Virus record (IMG/VR): IMGVR_UViG_3300004633_000007 | Location: 1 to 40,510 of that record | DNA from: a virus | Taxonomy: Duplodnaviria; Caudoviricetes | Strand: one strand, 5' to 3' | Length of the DNA: 40,510 nucleotides | Shown here: piece after piece, positions 10,093 through 19,001 of the stretch | How positions within the stretch are numbered: the stretch's first letter is position 1 | Layout: the number at the start of each line of letters is the position of its first letter | Notes under the pieces: generated by a model | Told to the model about the DNA's origin: nothing | The model's database searches: none | Seen by the model: the letters and a program-made list of their open reading frames with translations, nothing else | Made by a program: the position numbers and the translations under genes

Positions 10093-10347
10093 ATGTGGCA
10101 ACCAACCGAAAAATGCGGCGAGTGCGGCGGGACGACCATCCGCGAGTGCGACGACGCCGACGCGAGCTGCGGCTACAGCGCCGTCGAATGGCGCTGCATG
10201 GACTGCGGAGCGATCTGCGAGGAGTGCGTCCCCGAGCACCTGGCCGTTGCGCCGTCGCGTAAGCCCGCGACCGTGGCGACGCTGATGGTCGAACTCAATG
10301 CGCTCGGCCTGATTAACGTGAGAGTAGACGAGAAGGAGGTGGCATAA
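10093..10347 (+). CDS. Cys-rich Zn-finger protein
   Basis: CxxC pairs; SD GAGGG upstream. Confidence 0.6.
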   Translation: MWQPTEKCGECGGTTIRECDDADASCGYSAVEWRCMDCGAICEECVPEHLAVAPSRKPATVATLMVELNALGLINVRVDEKEVA

Positions 10348-10348
10348 C

Positions 10349-10546
10349 ATGACCACGACAACGATGACCTGCACCTGCGATTACGACTGCATCGGCGACC
10401 CGCTGACCTACGTCAAGGTCGGTCGCTGCGCGATGCACGACGAGTGCGACGGCTGCGGCAAGCTCGACCTGACGACGAAGTGGCGGCGCTACCCGGACGG
10501 AGATAAAGAGTGGTTCTGCGATACCTGTAATCAGGAGGTCGCATGA
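10349..10546 (+). CDS. Cys-rich small protein
   Basis: CxxC pairs; SD GGAGG. Confidence 0.6.
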   Translation: MTTTTMTCTCDYDCIGDPLTYVKVGRCAMHDECDGCGKLDLTTKWRRYPDGDKEWFCDTCNQEVA

Positions 10547-10782
10547 GCCGCGGTTACGGATTTTCCGTGAGCGATCAATCGCTCGTTCGCAATAAATACA
10601 ACGATTGGATCGAGGTAGACGATATCAACGTCATCCCGACGGCAGACGGCATGATTCATGTCAGCGCTGACCGCAAAGGCTATGCGGGGGATCACTTCGC
10701 TGTCAGCGAAATGTCCCTCACGCGAGAAGACGCACAATCTCTACTCGATAGCCTGCGCCTGACCTTAGAGGAAACCAAGTGA
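10543..10782 (+). CDS. Hypothetical protein
   Basis: ATGA coupling; SD GGAGG. Confidence 0.6.
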   Translation: MSRGYGFSVSDQSLVRNKYNDWIEVDDINVIPTADGMIHVSADRKGYAGDHFAVSEMSLTREDAQSLLDSLRLTLEETK

Positions 10783-11459
10783 ACTTAGAGGAACAATTGG
10801 CTGCATCCATAGCAATCGTGCAGCAAAGGAAACAAATGGCCGACAAGATTATTTTCGACACCAACGTGGCGCAGACGATCGCTCTGAAATACGCCGACGG
10901 CAAGCGCGTGGAATCGCGCTACCACGACTACGAAGTGTACTACTCGACCACCGACGGGCGCTGCTTCTACGCCACGCCCACGCTCGATGCGAAGATCCAG
11001 GCGCTCGAGCCTGCCGCGGGCGAAGAGTTCGAGGTGTGCAAGCGCGAGGTGCGCGAGGGCGCAAAGAAGCGCGTCGAGTGGCAGGTGACGCGCCCCGCCG
11101 ATACCGCGCAGGAACCGGAGCGACCCACCGTCAAGCACGCCGCCCCGGCTACCAGCAAATCGCCAGAACGCTCAAACAATACAAACAGTGAGAACGCCGT
11201 ATCGGATAAACGGTCCAGCGACGCCATCCAGCCTAACACGAGCATGAGCCAGATCATGCAGGGCGCTCTCATCGCCGCCATCGACGCGCTTGCCGTGGCC
11301 CGCGACTATGGCGTCACGCGCGGATTTACGCTCGACTTCAACGAAGAGGACGTCAGGGCTTCCGCCGCGAGTATCTTCATCGCGGCAACGCGCGATATCG
11401 AGCGCTTCCGCGTGAACGCCGCGCCTAGCGTGCAGCGCGTGAACGGGGGCATCCAATGA
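10779..11459 (+). CDS. Hypothetical protein (possible recombination/ssDNA partner)
   Basis: 226 aa; coupled to the downstream exonuclease. Confidence 0.55.
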   Translation: MNLEEQLAASIAIVQQRKQMADKIIFDTNVAQTIALKYADGKRVESRYHDYEVYYSTTDGRCFYATPTLDAKIQALEPAAGEEFEVCKREVREGAKKRVEWQVTRPADTAQEPERPTVKHAAPATSKSPERSNNTNSENAVSDKRSSDAIQPNTSMSQIMQGALIAAIDALAVARDYGVTRGFTLDFNEEDVRASAASIFIAATRDIERFRVNAAPSVQRVNGGIQ

Positions 11460-12301
11460 GTGATAAGCCGGAAGCCCTCTATCCCGAGATCGCGACCGTG
11501 CTGTCGCCCTCGCAGGTGCAGACCTTCACCGACTGCTCGGCCCGCTATTTCTTCAAGCACGTACTCCGAATGCCCGAGCCCAGGAACGCAAACCTGGGCT
11601 TAGGTATCGCCGTCCACGACGCCATCGGTTTCTACATGCACGGCAAAATGGCCGACGTGCAACTGGAGCCCGCCGACTGCGCCGAGGAGTTCGACCGTGC
11701 GTGGATGCGGCAGCTCGAAGGCGACATGGCGCTGCGCGAGCAGGACGACCCCGCCGAACTCGCCGCGTGCGGCCGCACGCTGGTATCGCGCTACGTGGCC
11801 GAGGTCGGGCCGACCGTCGATCCGATCGCCATCGAGGAGAAGGTGGAAGGCGAGATCAACGGCGTGAAGGTGCAGGGCCGCATCGACATCCGCGAGCGCA
11901 ACGGGCGCATCCGCGACATCAAGACCGCGGCGCGCAAGCCTTCGGGCGTGGCTCACAGCCACGCCTTCCAGCTTGCGACCTACGTTCAACTCCAGCCCGC
12001 GATCCACGGTAGACTAACTCCTGAAGAGGAACTGAAGGCCACCTACGTGCAGATCACGCCGGCGGCGTCCAACGTCGCCGTCGTGGACACGTTGGTGAAG
12101 ACGAAACAGCCGCAACTGATCCAGCACACGCACACCATCGACCTCGATCAGATCAAGGCGACGCAGACGCTGTACCCGCTGGCGCAGGAAGCGATGCGGG
12201 CGGGTTACTACGTGCCCAATCGCAGCTCTAACTTGTGCTCGCGGAACTCTTGCAGCTATTGGCGGCTGTGTGTGAGCGAATATGGAGGAAGAGTTGATTG
12301 A
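11456..12301 (+). CDS. PD-(D/E)XK exonuclease (RecB/AddB/Cas4-like) with a 21-aa in-frame insertion
   Basis: LSPSQ..F.DC, GRID, DIKT, QLATY, C-terminal Cys cluster. Confidence 0.85.
   Translation: MSDKPEALYPEIATVLSPSQVQTFTDCSARYFFKHVLRMPEPRNANLGLGIAVHDAIGFYMHGKMADVQLEPADCAEEFDRAWMRQLEGDMALREQDDPAELAACGRTLVSRYVAEVGPTVDPIAIEEKVEGEINGVKVQGRIDIRERNGRIRDIKTAARKPSGVAHSHAFQLATYVQLQPAIHGRLTPEEELKATYVQITPAASNVAVVDTLVKTKQPQLIQHTHTIDLDQIKATQTLYPLAQEAMRAGYYVPNRSSNLCSRNSCSYWRLCVSEYGGRVD
12023..12038 (+). repeat. Solitary CRISPR-like repeat core inside the nuclease gene
   Basis: GAAGAGGAACTGAAGG (15/16 to core) between two copies of ATYVQ-coding DNA. Confidence 0.7.
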
Positions 12302-12597
12302 TGGACGATCGCGACAATATCGATAAACGGATTGACCGGCTGGTCGAGCGCCACGAGGCGCTGGCTCAAACGGTAGAACTGCTGACGCATGACGTTGAGA
12401 CGACCAGGCAATCAGTGGTCGAGTTGAGAGAGTCGCTTAAAGAGTTCCACGCGTCGATTAAAGAATCGCACGAGTCCGTCAATACGCTCCGCGACTCGGT
12501 CAACCTGCTGCGTGAATCGATGGGTGACCTGCGGGCAGTTGTGATTAACCACGAGAACCGCATCCGCAAGTCCGAAGGGCGCCCGCCGCTCGAATAA
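12298..12597 (+). CDS. Coiled-coil protein
   Basis: Heptad pattern, 99 aa. Confidence 0.65.
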   Translation: MMDDRDNIDKRIDRLVERHEALAQTVELLTHDVETTRQSVVELRESLKEFHASIKESHESVNTLRDSVNLLRESMGDLRAVVINHENRIRKSEGRPPLE

Positions 12598-12598
12598 A

Positions 12599-12916
12599 AT
12601 GCCGCTCGACTTCTTTCTCATGTCCAACCTCGCGCCGAAACATACCGGCCTGCCGTTCGTGGTCTGGATATCGCCCAAGGGCAACTCGCGGCACGATGCC
12701 AGAGTGAAAGTATCGCCCGGGTCAAAGGCTACGCCGGGAGAATTCGTAACGGTCGCCATACGGCCGAACGTGCGCATCGTTAACGGGCGTCTGTCGCCGG
12801 CGCATCTGGATTTGCTCAAGCAGTGGATCGAACTCAACCGGGACACATTGATTGCGTTCTGGGAAGGCGATATTGAGTACACCGAAGACGTCCTGCCGAG
12901 GTTGAGGGCTATCTAA
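12599..12916 (+). CDS. DUF4160-like protein
   Basis: TGLP..VWI..H..RVKV..WIELN...L..FW pattern. Confidence 0.55.
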   Translation: MPLDFFLMSNLAPKHTGLPFVVWISPKGNSRHDARVKVSPGSKATPGEFVTVAIRPNVRIVNGRLSPAHLDLLKQWIELNRDTLIAFWEGDIEYTEDVLPRLRAI

Positions 12917-13956
12917 GCGTGTTATTCTTTTGCTCTACGGGGAGAGTAGATTGAAACAGGTTTGCGGCTTTGCGACCCTTCGTCCGTCTTCCCCGTTCCT
13001 GTACGCGGCGCGCAGTGCTCGAAGGCGCGCAGTTAATCAGGCGCATCATACACGGCCGATTTGACGGCGTCTTTATCAAACCCGGCAAGTGGATATCCGA
13101 AGACTCGCTGTGGCCCGGTCCCGACTGGCCACGCATCCCGCACTTAATCGAAATATTTCAATCGGCGGAATCGCACGCTGGGCACGGCGGGTCTAGAATC
13201 GATGTCATCCTGTGGGTATACGAATTCGCCGGCTGGCGGGCGATATGCCGACTCGACGGATGCGATTCCAACTGGATGAAACACGTGGAACCAATACTCG
13301 CTAGATCCCTGGAACAATCGAAAATGCACATTGAGACGCCCAACGTCGCCGCGATGGCCGATGAGCTGGCCGCGCTGATTGCGGCCCGCCGGGACACGCT
13401 TGAGACGCGAGAGCAGCGCGAAGCCCTATACACGGAGTTATATACGCGGCTGATGATGGGCGCGTGCGCTGAACAGGAGTAGCGGTCAGCCCGTCTGGCT
13501 CGGCAGATCCCACCATTCGAGGCACCTCCTGCACTGCGCGTGCCCGTGGATCGGGTACATCCACGAGCGGTGAAAGATGCGGCACCAGGCGCGGCGCAGG
13601 GCGCGTCTCACTGGCGTTTCTCGATCCGCTTCGCGACCTGGGGGTAGCGGTCGCTCACCAGTTGCCGGATGCGCTCGCGATCGACGCCGAGCGATCGCAG
13701 CCACAGGATGTAGAGGGCGGCGTCGCCGGCCATAGTCGGGGGCGGCAGGGGCTCGTCGGGGTCGTCGCGGTTCATGGGCGGCCTTGTTTGTGATCAATCG
13801 GCATTATTTTTCGGGTGCGGATTAATTCTCTCAGTTGGCTTTCTTGCACTGATCGCCGGATTGTATCCTCCACGGATTCTTGTTGTTCAGCGTCTGGCTT
13901 ATACTCGCCAGTGACGTTTCTGAGTTTGTCAAGAAACTCCCAGTAATCCATCGGAG

Positions 13957-14571
13957 CTAATCCTCCTTTGGGGGCTGCTTCCGCGCTTGCAGTGATTCCT
14001 GTAATTGCTTCGTCAGTCGCTCATTGTCTTCTGCTGAGCGCCGCGCATTGGTTGAGTCTTTTTCCATCTGGACTTCTAATTGCTTCGTCGATATGCTCGA
14101 CACTGGCCGCTTGATCTTCGATATTTTCTTCTTCACCGGCAATGGGACGATGATCGGCGCGAATTCAGGATCGCGCGTCATACTTTCGTCGCGCGGATGC
14201 GGCATGACGGGTGATTCCTGTTTTCCTGCGCGGCCCCAGCAATCGCATCGACGCACCGCCGACACTGCATGTTTTTCATGTGGCTCCCAGCCCGAGCCGA
14301 AGCACTTGGGGCAATCTGGATTGGGCCGGATTTCGGTGCGCCGGGTTTCCCAGGAGAGGCGTCGAATATCCACTTCCGTGGCGCAGCGGGATGCCGCATT
14401 ATCATCGGTGATTTGTTTACACTTGTCGATGATCTCTTTGGCATGTTCCGGGTTCTCAGCGCGTTCGGCCAGAGCGTTGATTAGATCGTCCCAACCGTCT
14501 TGCGTTTCCGGTTGACCAGGAAGTCCCGAGAGCCGGCTAATTTGCTTTCCAGCAATCTCACGGCTAATCAC
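13957..14571 (-). CDS. Replication-associated Zn-finger protein
   Basis: CPKCFGSGW..RCDC; GTG start with GGAGG SD; overlaps the Rep stop. Confidence 0.55.
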   Translation of the reverse strand: MISREIAGKQISRLSGLPGQPETQDGWDDLINALAERAENPEHAKEIIDKCKQITDDNAASRCATEVDIRRLSWETRRTEIRPNPDCPKCFGSGWEPHEKHAVSAVRRCDCWGRAGKQESPVMPHPRDESMTRDPEFAPIIVPLPVKKKISKIKRPVSSISTKQLEVQMEKDSTNARRSAEDNERLTKQLQESLQARKQPPKED

Positions 14572-15703
14572 TGTGACCTCCAAGAGCTGCTTGTAAGGCC
14601 GCATATGCGCGATCCGATCTGCTCATATGCCGCTGTGGACCTGGACGCGGCGCACGATTGGGATTGTTGAGCCATTCGTCAAAGCCTTCGTCATTGATGA
14701 AGACGGGAACTTGCGTAAGGACAATAGCAGTGCGCTTCTCAAGGGTAACCGGGTCGCCGATATGCCGGATCACGGCGATGATCTGTTCATGGGTGAGCCC
14801 GGGGCGCTTGCACTTGGCGACCATCATGTGGGCCTGCTTGGCCGTTATCGTGGGGCCGTATTCCCGAAGTGCTTCGAGTACCGGCGTGATGCTGTTTCCG
14901 TTTTGGGTTTGAGTTTGTGTAGTTGAAGGGGCTTGCGGCGGCGGCGGCGATGGTTCCGGTTCCGGCTGAGTCTCTATACTACCGACTGTTCCCGCCGCCG
15001 CCGCCGAAGCCTTTCTTTCAATATTTCTTTCAGTTCTTTCTTCCTTATTAATGCGGTCCGTCGCGACGGTCCCTTCGACGAATTCGCGCAAGCCCTTTTC
15101 GGCTTCAAGGTACCGTCGCGCAACTTCCGCACCCTCGTTAAGGTACCGTCGCGCCGAATCCTCGTCTAGAGTTTGTAGATATTTTAGACAACCCGTTTGT
15201 TTTGAACGCTTTATAAATGAAATTATGGGCTTCCAGGACTCAGGAAGCTTTTTCCTGTAGGTATCCAAGAGGTCCGTCGCGACGGTACCTTGACCTTCTA
15301 CATATGGCGGGCGGGGGACTGCCCATGAGTATGTCAGAATATGACCATTTCGTAAAGGGCCGCCGTCATCAGAATGACGTTCCGAAAGCCCGGCCGCTTC
15401 AAGTTCAGCTTGAGCATCAGTGTGGCGCTGTTTAGATAACCCGGTTTCGCGAGCGATCTCGGCGGGAGTCATTGGCCGTTGCTTGCCGCGATCCATCGTG
15501 ACGAGCAGCTCTTGCTGGAAGCCCATCGTATGCAGCTCATGACAGGCGAAGAGGCGTCTGGCATTGGCCGACAACGAATTTTGCATCATACGCTCGCAGC
15601 GTGCTTTTGTATTGAAGTAATACTTGCCAGCAGGCACATCGATTGGCTTGCCGTTAGCGCCGGTAATCCGAAAAGCGCCGTCTGAGGAATCTGAAACGCT
15701 CAT
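14564..15703 (-). CDS. Putative replication initiator (HTH)
   Basis: LSANARRL..EIARETGLSKQ..LEAAG winged-HTH pattern; internal iterons. Confidence 0.65.
   Translation of the reverse strand: MSVSDSSDGAFRITGANGKPIDVPAGKYYFNTKARCERMMQNSLSANARRLFACHELHTMGFQQELLVTMDRGKQRPMTPAEIARETGLSKQRHTDAQAELEAAGLSERHSDDGGPLRNGHILTYSWAVPRPPYVEGQGTVATDLLDTYRKKLPESWKPIISFIKRSKQTGCLKYLQTLDEDSARRYLNEGAEVARRYLEAEKGLREFVEGTVATDRINKEERTERNIERKASAAAAGTVGSIETQPEPEPSPPPPQAPSTTQTQTQNGNSITPVLEALREYGPTITAKQAHMMVAKCKRPGLTHEQIIAVIRHIGDPVTLEKRTAIVLTQVPVFINDEGFDEWLNNPNRAPRPGPQRHMSRSDRAYAALQAALGGHSD
15055..15291. repeat. Iteron cluster (candidate origin) inside Rep
   Basis: AAGGTACCGTCGCG at 15107 and 15140; inverted at 15278-15291 and (1 mismatch) 15062-15075; AT-rich tracts adjacent. 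Confidence 0.65.
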
Positions 15704-15732
15704 TCAAAGCCCCTAAAAAGTTCGGGAACCCC

Positions 15733-15760
15733 TTGAACGAACGCCGAGAACGGGGATAAT
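15733..15760 (+). promoter_or_regulatory. Candidate promoter reading through the solitary repeat-guide
   Basis: TTGAAC-16bp-GATAAT. Confidence 0.4.
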
Positions 15761-15968
15761 TGAATTGCTGCTGCGACCGGTCATCCGTCGCGGCAGACCA
15801 CCCTCGGCGTTTATGCTTACGCGCTCATGCACAGAACGGTCTTGTCACGGATGGTCTGTGTCTGGGCGGAAACAATTCGGCGTTGCGCCGGGCGGGGGTC
15901 GGATGACGCTGACGTCATCGAAAGTATGCCGGATTACGCAAATCCGGCCAAACTTCCGATAACGAATA

Positions 15969-16002
15969 GTTGGTCGTCCGGCTGCTGGAGAGGAACTGAA
16001 GG
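15969..16002 (+). repeat. Solitary CRISPR-like repeat flanked by a 12-bp direct repeat
   Basis: GTTGGTCGTCCGGCTGCTGGAGAGGAACTGAAGG with perfect core 15987-16002; GATAACGAATAG at 15958 and 16003. Confidence 0.85.
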
Positions 16003-16114
16003 GATAACGAATAGCGCGTCTAACGTGGTGACATCTCTCTTGCCTCTGTGTGCCTGCCGCTGATCCGTTCACTTAAAAAATCCTCAAAAAAACTACCTAG
16101 GGAAAAAAAGAGGC

Positions 16115-16145
16115 TTGAAGAAGGTATTGGGCGGGACTGTATAAT
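16115..16145 (+). promoter_or_regulatory. Candidate promoter
   Basis: TTGAAG-19bp-TATAAT after A-tracts. Confidence 0.4.
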
Positions 16146-16526
16146 GGGGCTGTCAAGTCAGTTGCGTTGAAGACTGCGTTCTGAACGCTCGCGGCGCCAA
16201 GAACAAATTCAAGCAGTTTTCAGCCCGGGATTTGTGGGGCGGTTGCCTAACCGCCCCGTCCCGCCTAATTCCAGTTCCCCGAAATTAAGCAGTTCATGCG
16301 CATCAGGGCGATTTACTTCGCGCTGTCGTCCGCGCTTTGATGATCCTCGTTACGCCGTCTCGCGGCTGTTGAAACTCGATCGACATAGCCATGGTCTGAA
16401 GCGATTCTATACCCGCTTGCCTGCGCGGCAACAGTCTTCAGCGCGACATTTCCGCAGTTTTACAAATGCACAGTGTTATCTGAGCATTGACACTAGGGTG
16501 TTCCCTGTGATTAATTAGTTCCCAAA

Positions 16527-17003
16527 GTGTCAGCCCGCGCTGTAACAAAATCGCAAAAAACAAACGCGAAAAAACCGCAGCGGGCATCACTATCCGCGGT
16601 TCCCAATCCGAATACGGCCGCCGGCCGCGCCGCGATTATCGACGAATACGGCCAGCTGGACGAACGGATTGCGGAACTGAAGCCGATCGAGAAGCGGCAT
16701 GAAGCACTACGAAAACAGATACTCAGTTTGTATTCTGACGCGGATCCCGCCGCGACGCTTGAGCCGGAAGGCTCTGGCTTTACACTCACCATAGGCCCGT
16801 CCGCAATCCGCCGGCGCATTGTCAACATGCGAGCCATTGTCGATAAAATCGGGCTCGATGCGTTTCTGCTGATCTGTAATGTCTCGCTGGAAAAGTTGGA
16901 TGGAGTTATAATTCCAACGGATCAATCCGGCATCGTAGTGAGCGATCGCACCGGCCCGCGCCAGCTGCGGTCGGTAGCAAAGCCTTTAGGGGCAGCCTCC
17001 TAG
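16527..17003 (+). CDS. Hypothetical protein
   Basis: 158-aa ORF with coiled-coil segment. Confidence 0.55.
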   Translation: MSARAVTKSQKTNAKKPQRASLSAVPNPNTAAGRAAIIDEYGQLDERIAELKPIEKRHEALRKQILSLYSDADPAATLEPEGSGFTLTIGPSAIRRRIVNMRAIVDKIGLDAFLLICNVSLEKLDGVIIPTDQSGIVVSDRTGPRQLRSVAKPLGAAS

Positions 17004-17095
17004 CTGTTCCCGGCGCTTACCGGAATATAGCGCCCTAATCCGGGTTTTCAAATTCGCAGTACTCCCCTGTCTACATTTCAAATTCGCGCACGATC

Positions 17096-17425
17096 ATGTA
17101 CAAGTTCACGTTCTCCCACAGGACGCCCGTCTATGATCACGCCGGGCAATTTCAATTTGACGCGCACCGCAAAGAAGCCGAAGACCTGATCAAACGAAAA
17201 CTGGTGAATGAGCACTACAGCCGCAAGGGCCGCATATTGAAGCTCGTGTTCCGCGGCCCGGATCCGGCGCTGTTAACCACTGGCTCCAAGCCCCGCCGCG
17301 GGATGGGCATGTCGCACACCCACGAAAATTATTGGAACCCGAAAGGCGCGTGGACGATCGATCCGATTCCCGATCGCCTGCGCGCGAACTTCTGCGTGAT
17401 CGTCATCGATTGCGCCGCCGCATGA
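17096..17425 (+). CDS. Hypothetical protein
   Basis: 109 aa; ATGA coupling to the recombinase. Confidence 0.55.
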   Translation: MYKFTFSHRTPVYDHAGQFQFDAHRKEAEDLIKRKLVNEHYSRKGRILKLVFRGPDPALLTTGSKPRRGMGMSHTHENYWNPKGAWTIDPIPDRLRANFCVIVIDCAAA

Positions 17426-18288
17426 AAAAATCCGCCTCGCGCCGCGACCGGCCAGCCCAGGCCGACGAGTGGCTGCGCTTGGTCCCGATGTGGCTGCACG
17501 GGAAGCCCGAATCGACGCGCTCGGTCTACGAGCCCGAGATCAAGGCGTTCCGTAAGTACATCGGAACCAAGCAGATCAGCCGCGTGACACTCGCCGACCT
17601 CCAGGGCTGGGCCGACAGCCTGGCGGGCGACAAGCCGCGCACCGTGGCGCGTAAGTTGAGCACCATCAAATCGCTTTTGACGTTCTGCTTTAAGACGGGA
17701 TTGATGCGGCGCAATGTGGGTGTTCTGTTGAAACTCCCGAGGATTCCGGATGATCTGACGGAGCGAATATTGGACGAACAGGCTATTAGCAATATCATCG
17801 ATCACGAATTGAATGCGCGGAATAACGTATTGCTGCGCCTGTTTTACCTCTCGGGCATCCGCGCCGCCGAGGCCGCGAGCCTGCGATGGATGGATGTCAA
17901 ACCACGAGACAAGGGCGAGGGTCAGATCACGGTTCTCGGCAAGGGATCGAAGACGCGCCCCATCCGGATTTCGAAAACAATGCTCGATAATCTGGCAGCG
18001 ATTTGTCCGGAGAACTACAAGGGCGTCGATCCCGTCTTTGCGCGCTATGACGGCAAACCTTTAACCCGCTTCGCGGTCACAAAGGTCGTAAGCCACGCCG
18101 CGCGTCGCGTCGGTCTGGAGCATGTGTCCGCGCACTGGCTGCGCCACGCTCACGCCACGCACGCCCTCGAGCACGGGGCGCCGCTGCCGCTGATCCAGAA
18201 AACACTGGGTCATGCTGACATTTCCACCACAGGCAGGTATCTGCACGCGCGTCCCGATGATTCCTCGGGAAGATACCTTAAGCCATAA
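17422..18288 (+). CDS. Xer-like tyrosine recombinase/integrase
   Basis: GIRAAE, GKG.K, HWLRH, LGH..I.TT..Y; ~288 aa with no N-terminal arm-binding extension. Confidence 0.92.
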   Translation: MKKSASRRDRPAQADEWLRLVPMWLHGKPESTRSVYEPEIKAFRKYIGTKQISRVTLADLQGWADSLAGDKPRTVARKLSTIKSLLTFCFKTGLMRRNVGVLLKLPRIPDDLTERILDEQAISNIIDHELNARNNVLLRLFYLSGIRAAEAASLRWMDVKPRDKGEGQITVLGKGSKTRPIRISKTMLDNLAAICPENYKGVDPVFARYDGKPLTRFAVTKVVSHAARRVGLEHVSAHWLRHAHATHALEHGAPLPLIQKTLGHADISTTGRYLHARPDDSSGRYLKP

Positions 18289-18296
18289 TTCACTTT

Positions 18297-18324
18297 GCTT
18301 CACAAAATAACAATTTTGAGAACG
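18297..18324. other. dif-like 11-6-11 recombination core site
   Basis: GCTTCACAAAA-TAACAA-TTTTGAGAACG; imperfect inverted arms 8 bp after the recombinase stop. Confidence 0.55.
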
Positions 18325-18344
18325 CGTAAGTATCTGTAAAATGA

Positions 18345-19001
18345 GTGGATTACGAGGAATTCCGCAAAAGGCTGACCGAAGCGCCGCGATCGCGGCGCGC
18401 GCCGACAATCAGTTTTCGACAACTAAAAAATAGGCAAGTGCGGGAACAAAGGATTGCGAACCGCCGCCGTGCGTTCCTCAAGGAATACGCCGACTGCGGC
18501 ATCATCGGCGAGGCCGCGCGCCGCATCGGCATTGATCGTAGCCTTCATTATCATTGGCTTGCGAACGCAGAATACAAGCAATCCTTCGAAGCGGCGACCA
18601 ACCAAGCGTGCGATAAGCTGGTCGAGGAAGCACGCCGGCGGGCGCATGACGGCTGGGAAGAGCCGATCGTCTACCAGGGCGAGATCCAACGGCAGCTCGA
18701 CGCCGAAGGTAAGCCGACCGGCGATCCGGTCACGATACGCAAGTATGATTCCACGCTGTTGATGTTTCTCATCAAGGGGATGCGGCCGGAAGTCTACCGC
18801 GACACCTGGAAGGGCGAGATCGCACACAGCGGCACGGTCACGCAGCGCAATCCCGACTTGGCGCGGTTGAGCACGGCCAAGCTGCGCGCTGTCGAGGCGA
18901 TCCTGGCCGATGGCGAAACTGAAGAAATAACGTCGGTTAACGGCAATGGTCACGGCAAGTACCCTGAAGGCGTGCTCGGATCTGGCAACGGTCAGGGCTG
19001 A
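18345..19001 (+). CDS. terS: Terminase small subunit
   Basis: HTH (EAARRIGIDRS..Y.W), EARRRA..G, KYDSTLLMFLIKG.RPE.Y; precedes TerL. Confidence 0.85.
   Translation: MDYEEFRKRLTEAPRSRRAPTISFRQLKNRQVREQRIANRRRAFLKEYADCGIIGEAARRIGIDRSLHYHWLANAEYKQSFEAATNQACDKLVEEARRRAHDGWEEPIVYQGEIQRQLDAEGKPTGDPVTIRKYDSTLLMFLIKGMRPEVYRDTWKGEIAHSGTVTQRNPDLARLSTAKLRAVEAILADGETEEITSVNGNGHGKYPEGVLGSGNGQG

Noticed and set aside
11456-12301. Nuclease as a Cas4 adaptation gene
   Set aside because: No cas1/cas2; it lies in the early recombination operon where such exonucleases are common.
16236-16257. 9-bp GC hairpin as a terminator
   Set aside because: No U-tract follows on either strand; function unsupported.
16673-16682. 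GGAACTGAAG partial repeat core
   Set aside because: Only 10 nt, explained by ELK codons, lacks the GGAGA half and has no flanking duplication.
16830-16840. 11-nt match CGAGCCATTGT to spacer 103-122 (similarly TGTTCACGACG at 36834 to spacer 159-191)
   Set aside because: Matches are internal rather than seed-anchored, and a few 11-mers are expected by chance in 40 kb.
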